Under the pieces are notes generated by a model, which made no database searches, had not been told where the DNA came from, and was given only the letters and a program-made list of their open reading frames with translations. DNA of 31,281 nt, from contig CAYISF010000001.1 in NCBI GenBank assembly GCA_964366065.1, positions 1 through 31,281 on the forward strand, read 5' to 3'. Position numbers and translations under genes: made by a program. Numbering within the stretch: the stretch's first letter is position 1; the number at the start of each line of letters is the position of its first letter. Below, one piece after another: positions 9,895 through 17,908 of this stretch. This DNA comes from an uncultured Candidatus Saccharibacteria bacterium (GTDB lineage: Bacteria; Patescibacteriota; Minisyncoccia; Phycocordibacterales; VMEP01).

Positions 9895-10172
9895 CCCAAG
9901 TTGGGGAAACTGCCAAAATCTAATCAGAAATTAGTTGATTTTATTGCATATTGCTTAAATCCAAATCATTTTCATTTTATCCTAAGACCCCTCAGTGATA
10001 ATGGATTAAGTGAATTTATAAAAAGATTAGCGGGTGGTTATACAAAATTTTTTAATAATAAAAGCAACAGAATCGGAGTCCTATTTCAGGGAGTGTTTAA
10101 GTCAATTCATGTAAATAGTAACAAATACTTACTCTATTTGAGTGCTTATGTAAATCTAAATAATGAAGTTCA

Positions 10173-10207
10173 CCAACTTGGAAACGAAACGTCCAAGTCG
10201 TCCAAGT
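10173..10207 (+). repeat. Second REP copy inside the RAYT CDS
   Basis: CCAACTTGGAAACGAAACGTCCAAGTCGTCCAAGT, translated QLGNETSKSSK. Confidence 0.9.
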
Positions 10208-10389
10208 TGGTAAGGAATAGTTTTAATGAGTATATAAATAACGAGCCTGGCTTTTGCACAAAGGAGATTATTTTGGAGCAGTTTAATTCAAAGAAGGAAT
10301 ACGGTATATTTGTAAAAGAGGTGGTGGGCGAAATCGCCAAAAGAAGAAAGGAAGATAAGGATTTTGAAAAATTATTGTTAGAATAAGCT

Positions 10390-10426
10390 AACTTGGAAAC
10401 GAAACATCCAAATAGCATCCAAATAG
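10390..10426 (+). repeat. Degenerate REP just downstream of the RAYT stop
   Basis: AACTTGGAAACGAAACATCCAAATAGCATCCAAATAG: the left arm is intact and the right arm has decayed. Confidence 0.8.
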
Positions 10427-10434
10427 TATAAATT

Positions 10435-11904
10435 GTGAATATATTTAGGCGAAAAAAACAAGTTATCGCGTTTTATTGGCGACATAGAGCGAGAGAAATG
10501 CAAAAGTACAACTTCTGTATTTCCGAGCCGAGGAGCCAATATAGGTCTAATCCCCCGCGCTCTTGGCGCGGGGTCAAATATCTTTTTGCGCTTACAGTGT
10601 TTGTTTTTTCCTTGTGGGGAGGAAACGCAATTGCTCAACAATTTAATTCTTCGTCATTTAAGGTAGAGAGTCCGGTTGTCGCGCCGGGAGGTTATTCCAG
10701 TTCCAATAGTTACCGTTTAAACAGCGTGTTGTATCAAATGTCCATTGGCACTAGTTCCTCGTCTTCCTTTGGCGGAGCTTCGGGATTTCTTTATTTTCCT
10801 TTTGTCACGACACCGGTTGTTTCCGCGACGGCCGGAGTGAACGAAGTGGCTCTTAGTTGGTCGGCCGCGACCGGTTACCTTGGCTGGAATGTCGGTGATT
10901 ACAATTACGGGCAAGGGAGCGTATCCGGCGGACCCTATTCATACACAAATGTCGGGAATGTGACAAGTGCCACCGCAAGCGGACTTACAGCCGGAACTAC
11001 ATATTACTTCGTTATTCAGGTAAAAGATGTTTTTGGCACCGTCGTCGCTACTTCAACCGAAGTATCGGCCGCGCCGACGGCGCCGGCAACCCCCTCTCCT
11101 CCCGGCGGAGGAGGCGGAGGGGGGGGAGGAGGAGGGGGCGGCGCGCCTAGCGACGTGTACTACGGCCCGGCCGTTGTTAATTTTTCCGGTCGGGCATATC
11201 CTTTGAGTGTTGTGACACTACTGAAGGATGCGCAAGTGGCGGTCACTACGGCAGCAGGCCCCGATGCCAATTTCCAAATATCTCTAACCGGCCTTTCCAC
11301 CGGCAGTTACCTTTTTTCCGTTTATAGCGAAGACAAAAATAGACGACGGTCCAGTTTGCTCACATTCCCGGTAAGTGTTACCGTCGGCGCCAAGACGAAC
11401 ATTACAGGAATCTTTTTGGCGCCAACCATCGGCACCGACAAGAGTGAAGTGAAAAAGGGGGATGACATCGCCATTTTCGGACAAAGTGTTCCTAACGGCG
11501 ACATTACCTTTGTGGTAAATTCAGAAGAGGACTTTTTTGCCCGGGCCAAGGCCGACGTAAGCGGCGTGTATCTTTCCAATTTTGACACAGTCGTGCTTGA
11601 TTATGGCCAGCACACCGCCAAATCAAAAGCGGCGTTAGTTTCTGAAGTCAGCCCCTTCGGTTCTGCCGTCGGATTCAAGGTTGGGACAAGAAATGTTCTT
11701 GCCAGTCCGTTCTTGGCCTGTCCGGAAAAGGCCGATTTTAACGGCGACTGTCGGGTCAATCTCGTTGATTTCTCCATCGCTGCGTATTGGTACAAGCGCC
11801 CTCTTACGGCGGAATTTGCGGCGGTAGAAAAAGTCAAACTAAACGGCGACGGCAAAATTAATCTTGTTGATTCCAGTGTAATGGCTTATTACTGGACGGG
11901 GTAG
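10435..11904 (+). CDS. Secreted protein with an FN3-like domain, poly-Gly linker, Ig-like domains and a C-terminal dockerin-like domain
   Basis: Signal core YLFALTVFVFSLWGGNAIA. FN3-like VALSWS...Y.YG...SGGPY...GLTAGTTYYFVIQVKD. Two EF-hand-like repeats ADFNGDCRVNLVDFS and KLNGDGKINLVDSS. The start could be GTG 10435 or ATG 10498. Confidence 0.8.
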   Translation: MNIFRRKKQVIAFYWRHRAREMQKYNFCISEPRSQYRSNPPRSWRGVKYLFALTVFVFSLWGGNAIAQQFNSSSFKVESPVVAPGGYSSSNSYRLNSVLYQMSIGTSSSSSFGGASGFLYFPFVTTPVVSATAGVNEVALSWSAATGYLGWNVGDYNYGQGSVSGGPYSYTNVGNVTSATASGLTAGTTYYFVIQVKDVFGTVVATSTEVSAAPTAPATPSPPGGGGGGGGGGGGGAPSDVYYGPAVVNFSGRAYPLSVVTLLKDAQVAVTTAAGPDANFQISLTGLSTGSYLFSVYSEDKNRRRSSLLTFPVSVTVGAKTNITGIFLAPTIGTDKSEVKKGDDIAIFGQSVPNGDITFVVNSEEDFFARAKADVSGVYLSNFDTVVLDYGQHTAKSKAALVSEVSPFGSAVGFKVGTRNVLASPFLACPEKADFNGDCRVNLVDFSIAAYWYKRPLTAEFAAVEKVKLNGDGKINLVDSSVMAYYWTG

Positions 11905-12040
11905 TGAATACAAGAATATAGAATTTAGAATGTAGAATATAGGGAGATGCAAGATTGAAATACAGGGCAAGAATATAGAATTTAGAATGTAGAATATAGG
12001 GAGATGCAAGATTGAAATATAAGACAAAAATATAGAAATA
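11905..12040 (+). repeat. Left heptamer array (TAGAATA family) containing an exact 52-bp direct repeat (11911-11962 = 11968-12019)
   Basis: Units tatagaa/tttagaa/tgtagaa; period 57 bp. Confidence 0.9.
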
Positions 12041-12043
12041 CGA

Positions 12044-13300
12044 ATGAAAAGCGAAATAAAATCTTTTAGAAATTTGATAGTTTGGCAAAAATCAGCTGAT
12101 TTGGCAGTTTTGGTTTACCGCTACACAGAAAAATTTCCGCGCTCAGAACAAAATGGTTTAGTAAATCAGATGCGTCGGGCAGTAGTTTCCGTCTCTTCAA
12201 ATATTGCCGAGGGGTTTAAACGAAATCATAAAAAAGAGAAAGTTCAATTCTATGCTGTATCATATGGCTCTGTCTCAGAGCTGGAAAGTCAAATAGAAAT
12301 TTCTAAAAGATTGAATTATCTCAACGAAAAACAATCAAGCGAATTACTTAATTTAGTTATAGAAATATCCAAAATGACCGATAGCCTTATACGGTCTACT
12401 AATAATAATTTTTCTAGGTCTTATGTTCTGAATTCTATATTCTTTTTATTTTTCCTATATTCTGTATTCTATATTCTAAATCCTTCTTCAGCTTTGGCGG
12501 CGCGCTTCTCGGTTGAAGCACCCAGAAATATCGGCATGGAACAATTTGTGGCGAAGATATATCTGGACACGGAGGGAGTTTCAATAAATGCCATTGAGGG
12601 AAGTATTGCACTTTTAAAATCGGCCAAGGTTCAAATACGGGCCGATAATTCCGATGTGCCTTTCTGGGTTGACCAGCCAATACTAAATGCTTCAAAAAGA
12701 ACCATTTCGTTTTCCGGAATTATTCCGAACGGTTATCCCGGGAACAGGGCGTTTCTCTTTTCCATCGTCTTTTCTGACGGAAACGCATTTTCGGGAACGC
12801 GTTTTTCCGGTACGGCCTACAAAAACGATGGTCTAGGGACAAAGTTAGCGATTGAAGAAAATAGAACGTCAATTATCCGTCTTGCCAGCATTTCTCTCCC
12901 GGACATTTCGGATGACCGCGAACCGCCTGAAACATTTATCCCTCTTCTGGGCAATGATCCGGCCAATCCCGATATTTATGCCGTCTTTTTCGCGACCCAA
13001 GACAAATTTTCCGGTATTGACCACTACGAAGTTGCCGAAGCCCGGCCGACGCTTTTTGGGCTTGCTCCCAAAGTGCTTACTTTTGAGAAAGCGGTATCGC
13101 CATATAACTTGAGCGACCAAGACAAGGCAAGCTTTATTTATGTAAAAGCGGTTGACAGAAACGGCAATGAACGCGTGGAAAAGATTTCCCCAGAAAATCG
13201 CTTTCTCGCTTACCGCTTTGCGTTGTTTCTCGGTATAATACTGTTATTGCTTATCGGCGCAATTGGTTATGTCGGGAAAAAGTTTAGGCGCGGTAAATAA
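12044..13300 (+). CDS. Fusion: four-helix-bundle protein (TIGR02436/23S-rRNA-IVP, bAvd-like) + repeat-encoded hydrophobic segment + cohesin-like domain + Ig-like domain + C-terminal TM
   Basis: SFRNLIVWQKS..L...VY..TEKFP..E..GL..QMRRA.VS..SNIAEG..R...KE...F..V.YGS..ELESQ. Then SINAIEG...W...P...ISFSGIIPNGY.G...NDGLGT. Ends with LALFLGIILLLLIGAIGYV-type TM and KKFRRGK. Confidence 0.85.
   Translation: MKSEIKSFRNLIVWQKSADLAVLVYRYTEKFPRSEQNGLVNQMRRAVVSVSSNIAEGFKRNHKKEKVQFYAVSYGSVSELESQIEISKRLNYLNEKQSSELLNLVIEISKMTDSLIRSTNNNFSRSYVLNSIFFLFFLYSVFYILNPSSALAARFSVEAPRNIGMEQFVAKIYLDTEGVSINAIEGSIALLKSAKVQIRADNSDVPFWVDQPILNASKRTISFSGIIPNGYPGNRAFLFSIVFSDGNAFSGTRFSGTAYKNDGLGTKLAIEENRTSIIRLASISLPDISDDREPPETFIPLLGNDPANPDIYAVFFATQDKFSGIDHYEVAEARPTLFGLAPKVLTFEKAVSPYNLSDQDKASFIYVKAVDRNGNERVEKISPENRFLAYRFALFLGIILLLLIGAIGYVGKKFRRGK
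12421..12481 (+). repeat. Right heptamer array (TATTCTA family, inverted relative to the left array), translated in frame
   Basis: aattcta/tattctt/tattctg/tattcta/tattcta units encoding YVLNSIFFLFFLYSVFYILN. Confidence 0.85.
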
Positions 13301-13311
13301 TTCGTATAACA

Positions 13312-15051
13312 ATGAAAGCTCGGTTCTTTCGTTTCGCCACAGTTTTTGCCGCGGAAACGGCAGTTGTCGCATGCCTGTTTCTTTTCGCGCCACCTTCGGT
13401 ATCGGCGGCAAATCTGTACTTTTCGCCTTCATCCGGCAACTACGGAACCGGACAGACATTCACGGTTTCCATATATGCCGGAAGCACCGATCAGTCAATG
13501 AACGCGATTTCCGGCGTAGTTGTTTTTCCGTCCGACAAACTTTCTGTCGTTTCGCTCTCTAAATCCGCTTCCATAGTGTCGCTTTGGGTTCAGGAACCGT
13601 CTTTCTCCAACGGAGCCGGAACGGTGAATTTTGAAGGCATTGTTTTAAACCCCGGTTATACCGGTAGCGCCGGAAAAATTATTACCATTGCTTTTAAAAC
13701 TAAGCAGGCCGGTAATGCTGCTTTATCTTTTACCTCAAGTTCATTGCTGGCTAATGACGGGAAGGGGACGAATATTCTCTCCGGTATCGGAACGGCTAAT
13801 TTTTCGATTGGAATCACACCGAAAGAATCCACCACCTCTACTGTTTCTTCAGGCGCGCCTCAAGCGCCTAAGATAACTTCACCCACTCATCCCGATCCCG
13901 GTCAATGGTATTCAAAGAGCGATGCGACATTTGAATGGACAGTGCCTCAAGACGCAACTCGTGTTCGCGTACTCTATGATAAGTTTCCGTATTCGCAACC
14001 GACGGTTGCCTACAATGCGTCGCTCGTTAAAAAAGATATCACCAGTGCCGCCGATGGCATATGGTATTTCCACGCGCAATTCACCAATAGTAACGGGTCA
14101 GGGGCGATTTCCCATTTCCGTTTTCAGATAGACACCGAGAAGCCAGATTCGTTCATTATAGAAGAGATACCAAGGAGCGACCCGACCGACCCTGTAGCGC
14201 AATTTACTCTTACCGCCATGGACAAGCTTTCAGGCATAGACCATTTTGAGATAAAGATTGACGATGGCCTGAACCCGGCTGTGACTTGGAACGGGCAAAG
14301 CGGCGCAACCTATAGAACCAAGCCAATTCCGCCCGGGAAACACACAATCTCCGCCAAGGCCGTTGATAAAGCCGGAAATTACGCGGCCGACTTCGTCGAT
14401 TTTTTCATCCAACCGCTTCTTGAAACGCCCGTTATCACGGACATTGAGAAAGAAATCCCGGAAGGAGAGATTGTTTCTTTGCGCGGCAATACCAAATACC
14501 GCAATGATGGAGATACGGTTCTTGTCCGCATAGAACGCGGCGGAAGACCGACGATTGTGCAAACTGTTCGCATTATCGACGACCAGGGGGATTTTACCTT
14601 TGTCTTGGACCAGAAACTTAATCGGGGCGCTTACAACGTCTCCCTCCGGGCGGTTGACAGCCGCGGGGCCCAAAGCGAAGAATCGCCCAAGTCTAATTTC
14701 GCTGTCGTTTCGTCCGGTTCTCTTAATATTGGCAACATAGTCGTGAGCTATCTTTCGCTATTTCTTCTCTCCATAATCATTATCTCGATAATCGCTTTTA
14801 TCGGCCTCTACATCTGGCATAAGTTTACATGGTTCAATAAGCGGCTTAAGAACGAAACTAACGAAGAACAAATGGCCGTAATGCGCGCTTTTGCTACGCT
14901 CCGGGACGAGATTAAAGGGCAGATCGCCATGATGGACGGGCGGGGGGACCTTTCCGAACAGGAGAAAAAGATTTATCATAAGTTTCGCGAAGCGCTCCGC
15001 ATTTCCGAGAAATATATTGCCCGCAAAGTGAAGGATATTGATAAGAAATAA
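13312..15051 (+). CDS. Membrane-anchored cohesin-domain protein with Ig-like domains, a TM helix and a cytoplasmic coiled-coil tail
   Basis: Signal peptide ending SVSA. LYFSPSSG...GQTFTVSI...MNAISG...FPSDKL.V..LSK..SIVSLWVQEP.FSN..G.VNFEG...PGY.G..G.I.TI.F...G...LSF....LLANDG.GT. TM segment YLSLFLLSIIIISIIAFIGLYIW. Confidence 0.8.
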   Translation: MKARFFRFATVFAAETAVVACLFLFAPPSVSAANLYFSPSSGNYGTGQTFTVSIYAGSTDQSMNAISGVVVFPSDKLSVVSLSKSASIVSLWVQEPSFSNGAGTVNFEGIVLNPGYTGSAGKIITIAFKTKQAGNAALSFTSSSLLANDGKGTNILSGIGTANFSIGITPKESTTSTVSSGAPQAPKITSPTHPDPGQWYSKSDATFEWTVPQDATRVRVLYDKFPYSQPTVAYNASLVKKDITSAADGIWYFHAQFTNSNGSGAISHFRFQIDTEKPDSFIIEEIPRSDPTDPVAQFTLTAMDKLSGIDHFEIKIDDGLNPAVTWNGQSGATYRTKPIPPGKHTISAKAVDKAGNYAADFVDFFIQPLLETPVITDIEKEIPEGEIVSLRGNTKYRNDGDTVLVRIERGGRPTIVQTVRIIDDQGDFTFVLDQKLNRGAYNVSLRAVDSRGAQSEESPKSNFAVVSSGSLNIGNIVVSYLSLFLLSIIIISIIAFIGLYIWHKFTWFNKRLKNETNEEQMAVMRAFATLRDEIKGQIAMMDGRGDLSEQEKKIYHKFREALRISEKYIARKVKDIDKK

Positions 15052-15065
15052 TGATATTACAAGAA

Positions 15066-15160
15066 TTTAATATTTAAAATATAAAATTTAGGAAAGATAC
15101 ACAAAAAATAAATACACATCTGATTTGTACCATATTCTAAATTCAATATTCTACATTCCC
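15066..15160. repeat. Putative empty heptamer cassette: degenerate left-type units, a spacer, then right-type TATTCTA units
   Basis: tttaaaatataaaatttagga (resembles tttagaatatagaatttagaa) ... catattctaaattcaatattctacattccc, which uses the same unit variants as the 11905 array in reverse. Confidence 0.55.
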
Positions 15161-15161
15161 C

Positions 15162-15704
15162 ATGGATACTTTCGCACATGGACTCTGGACGGGAGTTTCC
15201 TATGAAGCTCTCAAGCGAAATTCTAAAAGACCGATAAACGTTTCGCTTTCGGTATTTTGGGGCGTGTTTCCCGATTTTTTCGCTTTTACCATTCCTTTCA
15301 TTTATATGTTTGGAAGTGTTCTTTTTGGGAGAATGAGCTTAAGCAATTTTCGCCCTCATACGCAAATAGAACCCGTGGCTCACCAATTTCCGTTCTATGA
15401 TTTGGCGAATTCGCTTTACAACGTAAGCCACAGTTTGTTTGTTTTTACGCTCGTTTTCGTAATAGTCGCGCTTATGCGGAAAAAAGTGATGTGGGAACTC
15501 GGCGCATGGTTGCTCCACATTCTGATAGATGTACCGACGCATTCCTACCAATTTTTCCCGACGCCGTTTTTATGGCCGATATCAGATTTTCGGGTGAACG
15601 GTTTTTTGTGGGCTACACCGACTTTTATTGCCGTAAATTATACGCTGATATTAGTTTCGCTTGTTGTTTTATATCTGACTCGACTCAAAATAAAGCAAGA
15701 ATAA
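15162..15704 (+). CDS. Membrane-bound metal-dependent hydrolase (YdjM/DUF457-like)
   Basis: MDTFAHG...GVFPD...SHSL...LLHILIDVPTH His/Asp motifs within hydrophobic helices. Confidence 0.75.
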   Translation: MDTFAHGLWTGVSYEALKRNSKRPINVSLSVFWGVFPDFFAFTIPFIYMFGSVLFGRMSLSNFRPHTQIEPVAHQFPFYDLANSLYNVSHSLFVFTLVFVIVALMRKKVMWELGAWLLHILIDVPTHSYQFFPTPFLWPISDFRVNGFLWATPTFIAVNYTLILVSLVVLYLTRLKIKQE

Positions 15705-15747
15705 TTTGATTTTGAGTTTAGAATAATAGAAGTTAAAATAAACGCAT

Positions 15748-15855
15748 ATGTATAAAACGCTTGTAGCCATTTTTCTTGTTCTCGGGGCCGCCGGACCTTT
15801 CTTGGCTTACAAAGGGCGCGCCGAACCGATTCAGATTTACACAATTAGGCCTTAA
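15748..15855 (+). CDS. Possible 35-aa small membrane protein MYKTLVAIFLVLGAAGPFLAYKGRAEPIQIYTIRP
   Basis: Translated by hand (ATG 15748, TAA 15853-15855). Basic N-terminus plus hydrophobic core. Too short for the ORF track. Confidence 0.35.
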   Translation: MYKTLVAIFLVLGAAGPFLAYKGRAEPIQIYTIRP

Positions 15856-15887
15856 AATAATCACTTCCCGTGTTATAATAAGCAAGT

Positions 15888-16385
15888 ATGGATTTTTATA
15901 CGTGGTTGGTTTTTCTTCATATTGTCGGGACGGTTTTGGGCGTCGGCGGCGCCACTTTCGCCGAGATTTTTATAGTTAAGGCCATGCGGGACGGCATCGT
16001 TAACCCGGAGGAAACCGACTACCTGCGCTCAATTTACGCCGTTCTCCGTATCGGGTTTTTCTTGACCATAATTTCCGGTTTCTCCTTTCTCTACGTTTAC
16101 CGCATTACCGGAAACGAAGAGCTTTTGTATCAGCCGAAGCTTTGGGCCAAGCTGACCGTTATCGTTGCCATTGCCGTAAACGCCATGCTTATACACATTC
16201 GCGCCATCCCGCTTTCGGTCGGGAGCGCCGTGGCTCTGGTTTCTTGGTACACGGCTATGTTTCTGGGGGTTTGGCGAACACTCCCGTTCGGATATTTTGA
16301 AATTGTCCTTACCTACGCCGTTATTGTCGTCGCGGCCATTCCCATTCTCACTTTTATACGGAAACAATTCGGCGTTAAGATATGA
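15888..16385 (+). CDS. Multi-pass membrane protein, function unknown
   Basis: About 5 hydrophobic helices, with His in FLHIVG and NAMLIH. TGTTATAAT lies near 15870. Confidence 0.8.
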   Translation: MDFYTWLVFLHIVGTVLGVGGATFAEIFIVKAMRDGIVNPEETDYLRSIYAVLRIGFFLTIISGFSFLYVYRITGNEELLYQPKLWAKLTVIVAIAVNAMLIHIRAIPLSVGSAVALVSWYTAMFLGVWRTLPFGYFEIVLTYAVIVVAAIPILTFIRKQFGVKI

Positions 16386-16840
16386 GCGTAATATTTCAAT
16401 CAGCTTTGCTTCTTCATATCATTTTGGGAATACTTGCCATGGTGGCGAGCGTTACGCTATGGATGGTATTTCTTAAACGCATTCAGAATTTCCGTTTAAT
16501 TAAATTTTCGGCTGGCGCGACCTTTTTCCTCTTATTGGGTTCGTGGATAAGCGGCGGATATTATTACCTGTATTATTACGGCGCGTCAGTCCGTTCCGTA
16601 ATTCTTTCCGGCCCGTATCCGTGGGCGCATAAGATAGTCATGGAAGCAAAGGAACATATCTTTCTTTTCCTGCCTTTTCTCGCAGCAGTCGTTTTTTTCG
16701 CCGTTTTAAGGTTTCGAGAAGGGGAGGCAATAAGTCCGGTACTCCTCCGGGGGCTCGCGATTTTAATAACGGCCATGACGACGCTTATCGTACTGATGGC
16801 GCTCGGGGGAATTGCCATTTCCGGCGCCGTCCGCCCTTAA
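16382..16840 (+). CDS. Four-TM membrane protein, function unknown
   Basis: ATGA overlap with the upstream gene. Motifs LLLHIILG and PWAHKIVMEAKEHIFLFLP. Confidence 0.8.
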   Translation: MSVIFQSALLLHIILGILAMVASVTLWMVFLKRIQNFRLIKFSAGATFFLLLGSWISGGYYYLYYYGASVRSVILSGPYPWAHKIVMEAKEHIFLFLPFLAAVVFFAVLRFREGEAISPVLLRGLAILITAMTTLIVLMALGGIAISGAVRP

Positions 16841-16846
16841 TTTTTT

Positions 16847-17164
16847 ATGAAGCAAAACACCATTATCGCAAGTTGCATCGGAGCCATCGCAGCCATTATT
16901 CTTACGGTTGCGATTACCATCGGCGGGGAACTATACGCTCCGCTTAAGGACTGGCTTAAAACGACATTCACTCACCACTGGCTCGGTAAAAGCGTTATCT
17001 CGGTCGCAGTATTTGCTGTTATTTTATTTATAACCAAATTTTTACCAGTGCCCGAAAGTGAAGAACGTATTGCGCGGTTAATCTCTATCCTTGCCTTAGT
17101 TGCAATTTTAGGCACTTTTTCCCTGATTGGTTTTTATACCTACGAGTATCTAATTTATCTTTAA
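16847..17164 (+). CDS. Three-TM membrane protein, function unknown
   Basis: Hydrophobic helices with a FTHHWLGKS motif; 6 bp after the previous stop. Confidence 0.75.
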   Translation: MKQNTIIASCIGAIAAIILTVAITIGGELYAPLKDWLKTTFTHHWLGKSVISVAVFAVILFITKFLPVPESEERIARLISILALVAILGTFSLIGFYTYEYLIYL

Positions 17165-17173
17165 TTTCAACCA

Positions 17174-17752
17174 ATGAAAGTAAAAAATATTCTTGTTCTT
17201 TTGGGACATTCCGATAAGGAAACAAAATGCGGAGCGTTTGCCAGCGCGTATGAAGAAGGAGCGCGCGCGGCGGGGCACGAAGTGAGAAGAGTGAACATCG
17301 GCGAGCTTAAGTTTGACCCGATTCTGCATAAAGGATACAAAGTGATTCAGGAACTCGAACCGGATTTGCTTAAGCTTCAGGACGATTTTCGCTGGGCCGG
17401 CCACATTTGCCTCGTTTATCCCAATTGGTGGGGGACGATGCCGGCAATTTTGAAAGGACTTTTTGACCGGTTTTATTTACCCTCCTTCGCGTTTCGATTT
17501 TGGAAGAATGACTTAGGATGGGACAAGCTTTTGAAAGGGCGAACGGGAAGAGTTCTTATAACCATGGATGTAAATCCATGGATTGCCAGAATTTTTTTTG
17601 GCGACAATTCCAACGAAATTAGAAGCAACATTTTGGGTTTTGCCGGCATTAAAACCCATGTGACTAAAATCGGGCCGCTCAAAAATATCAGCCCAGAAAA
17701 AATTGAGCACTGGAAGAAAAAGATTTTTGCCATGGGAAAGAGAGCGTGCTAA
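17174..17752 (+). CDS. NAD(P)H-dependent oxidoreductase, flavodoxin-like fold (Flavodoxin_2 / quinone reductase family)
   Basis: ILVLLGH...FDPIL..GY...Q.LEPDL...Q....WA.HI..VYP.WWG.MPAILKG.FDR...P.FAF...L.GRT.RV.ITM. Confidence 0.9.
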   Translation: MKVKNILVLLGHSDKETKCGAFASAYEEGARAAGHEVRRVNIGELKFDPILHKGYKVIQELEPDLLKLQDDFRWAGHICLVYPNWWGTMPAILKGLFDRFYLPSFAFRFWKNDLGWDKLLKGRTGRVLITMDVNPWIARIFFGDNSNEIRSNILGFAGIKTHVTKIGPLKNISPEKIEHWKKKIFAMGKRAC

Positions 17753-17761
17753 TGTGTGCCC

Positions 17762-17875
17762 ATGTCTTTATCTATCGGTATTGTAGGTTTACCGAATGTC
17801 GGCCCCAGTAGTAGAGAGTACCCCAGTAGTACAGCAAAGCTGACTACGGGGCATAGCTCACTATGGGGTGAGTAG
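17762..17875 (+). pseudogene. Displaced ychF 5' fragment (MSLSIGIVGLPNVG) running into inserted palindromic DNA and stopping at TAG
   Basis: 27-bp identity GGTATTGTAGGTTTACCGAATGTCGGC at 17777-17803 and 17924-17950. Confidence 0.85.
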
Positions 17876-17908
17876 TGGTAGTATTGTACCCATTTCATCG
17901 CATGTAAC

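Larger units (their letters stand above)
9694..10386 (+). mobile_element. REP-associated tyrosine transposase (RAYT; HUH/Y1_Tnp superfamily)
   Basis: YYHVYNRGVDKRNIF, AYCLNPNHFHFIL (HUH motif), YTKFFNNK..R.GVLFQG.FKS and YLSAYVNLN (candidate catalytic Tyr). Flanked by inverted REPs. Confidence 0.9.

Noticed and set aside
9694-10386. Classical IS200/IS605 element with TnpB
   Set aside because: No tnpB gene is adjacent. The protein length, motifs and inverted REP flanks fit a RAYT better.
11905-12040. CRISPR array (also considered for 27918-28019)
   Set aside because: Only two 52-bp copies with a 5-bp spacer, or short tandem units. There are no unique ~30-bp spacers and no cas genes.
12044-12410. 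23S rRNA intervening sequence
   Set aside because: The family name is historical; no rRNA sequence flanks the gene.
2569-13300. Diversity-generating retroelement, suggested by the bAvd-like domain and the repeats
   Set aside because: No reverse transcriptase in the window. Differences between repeat copies (module edges, 80-bp repeat, ychF starts) are not adenine-specific, and no TR/VR pair was found.
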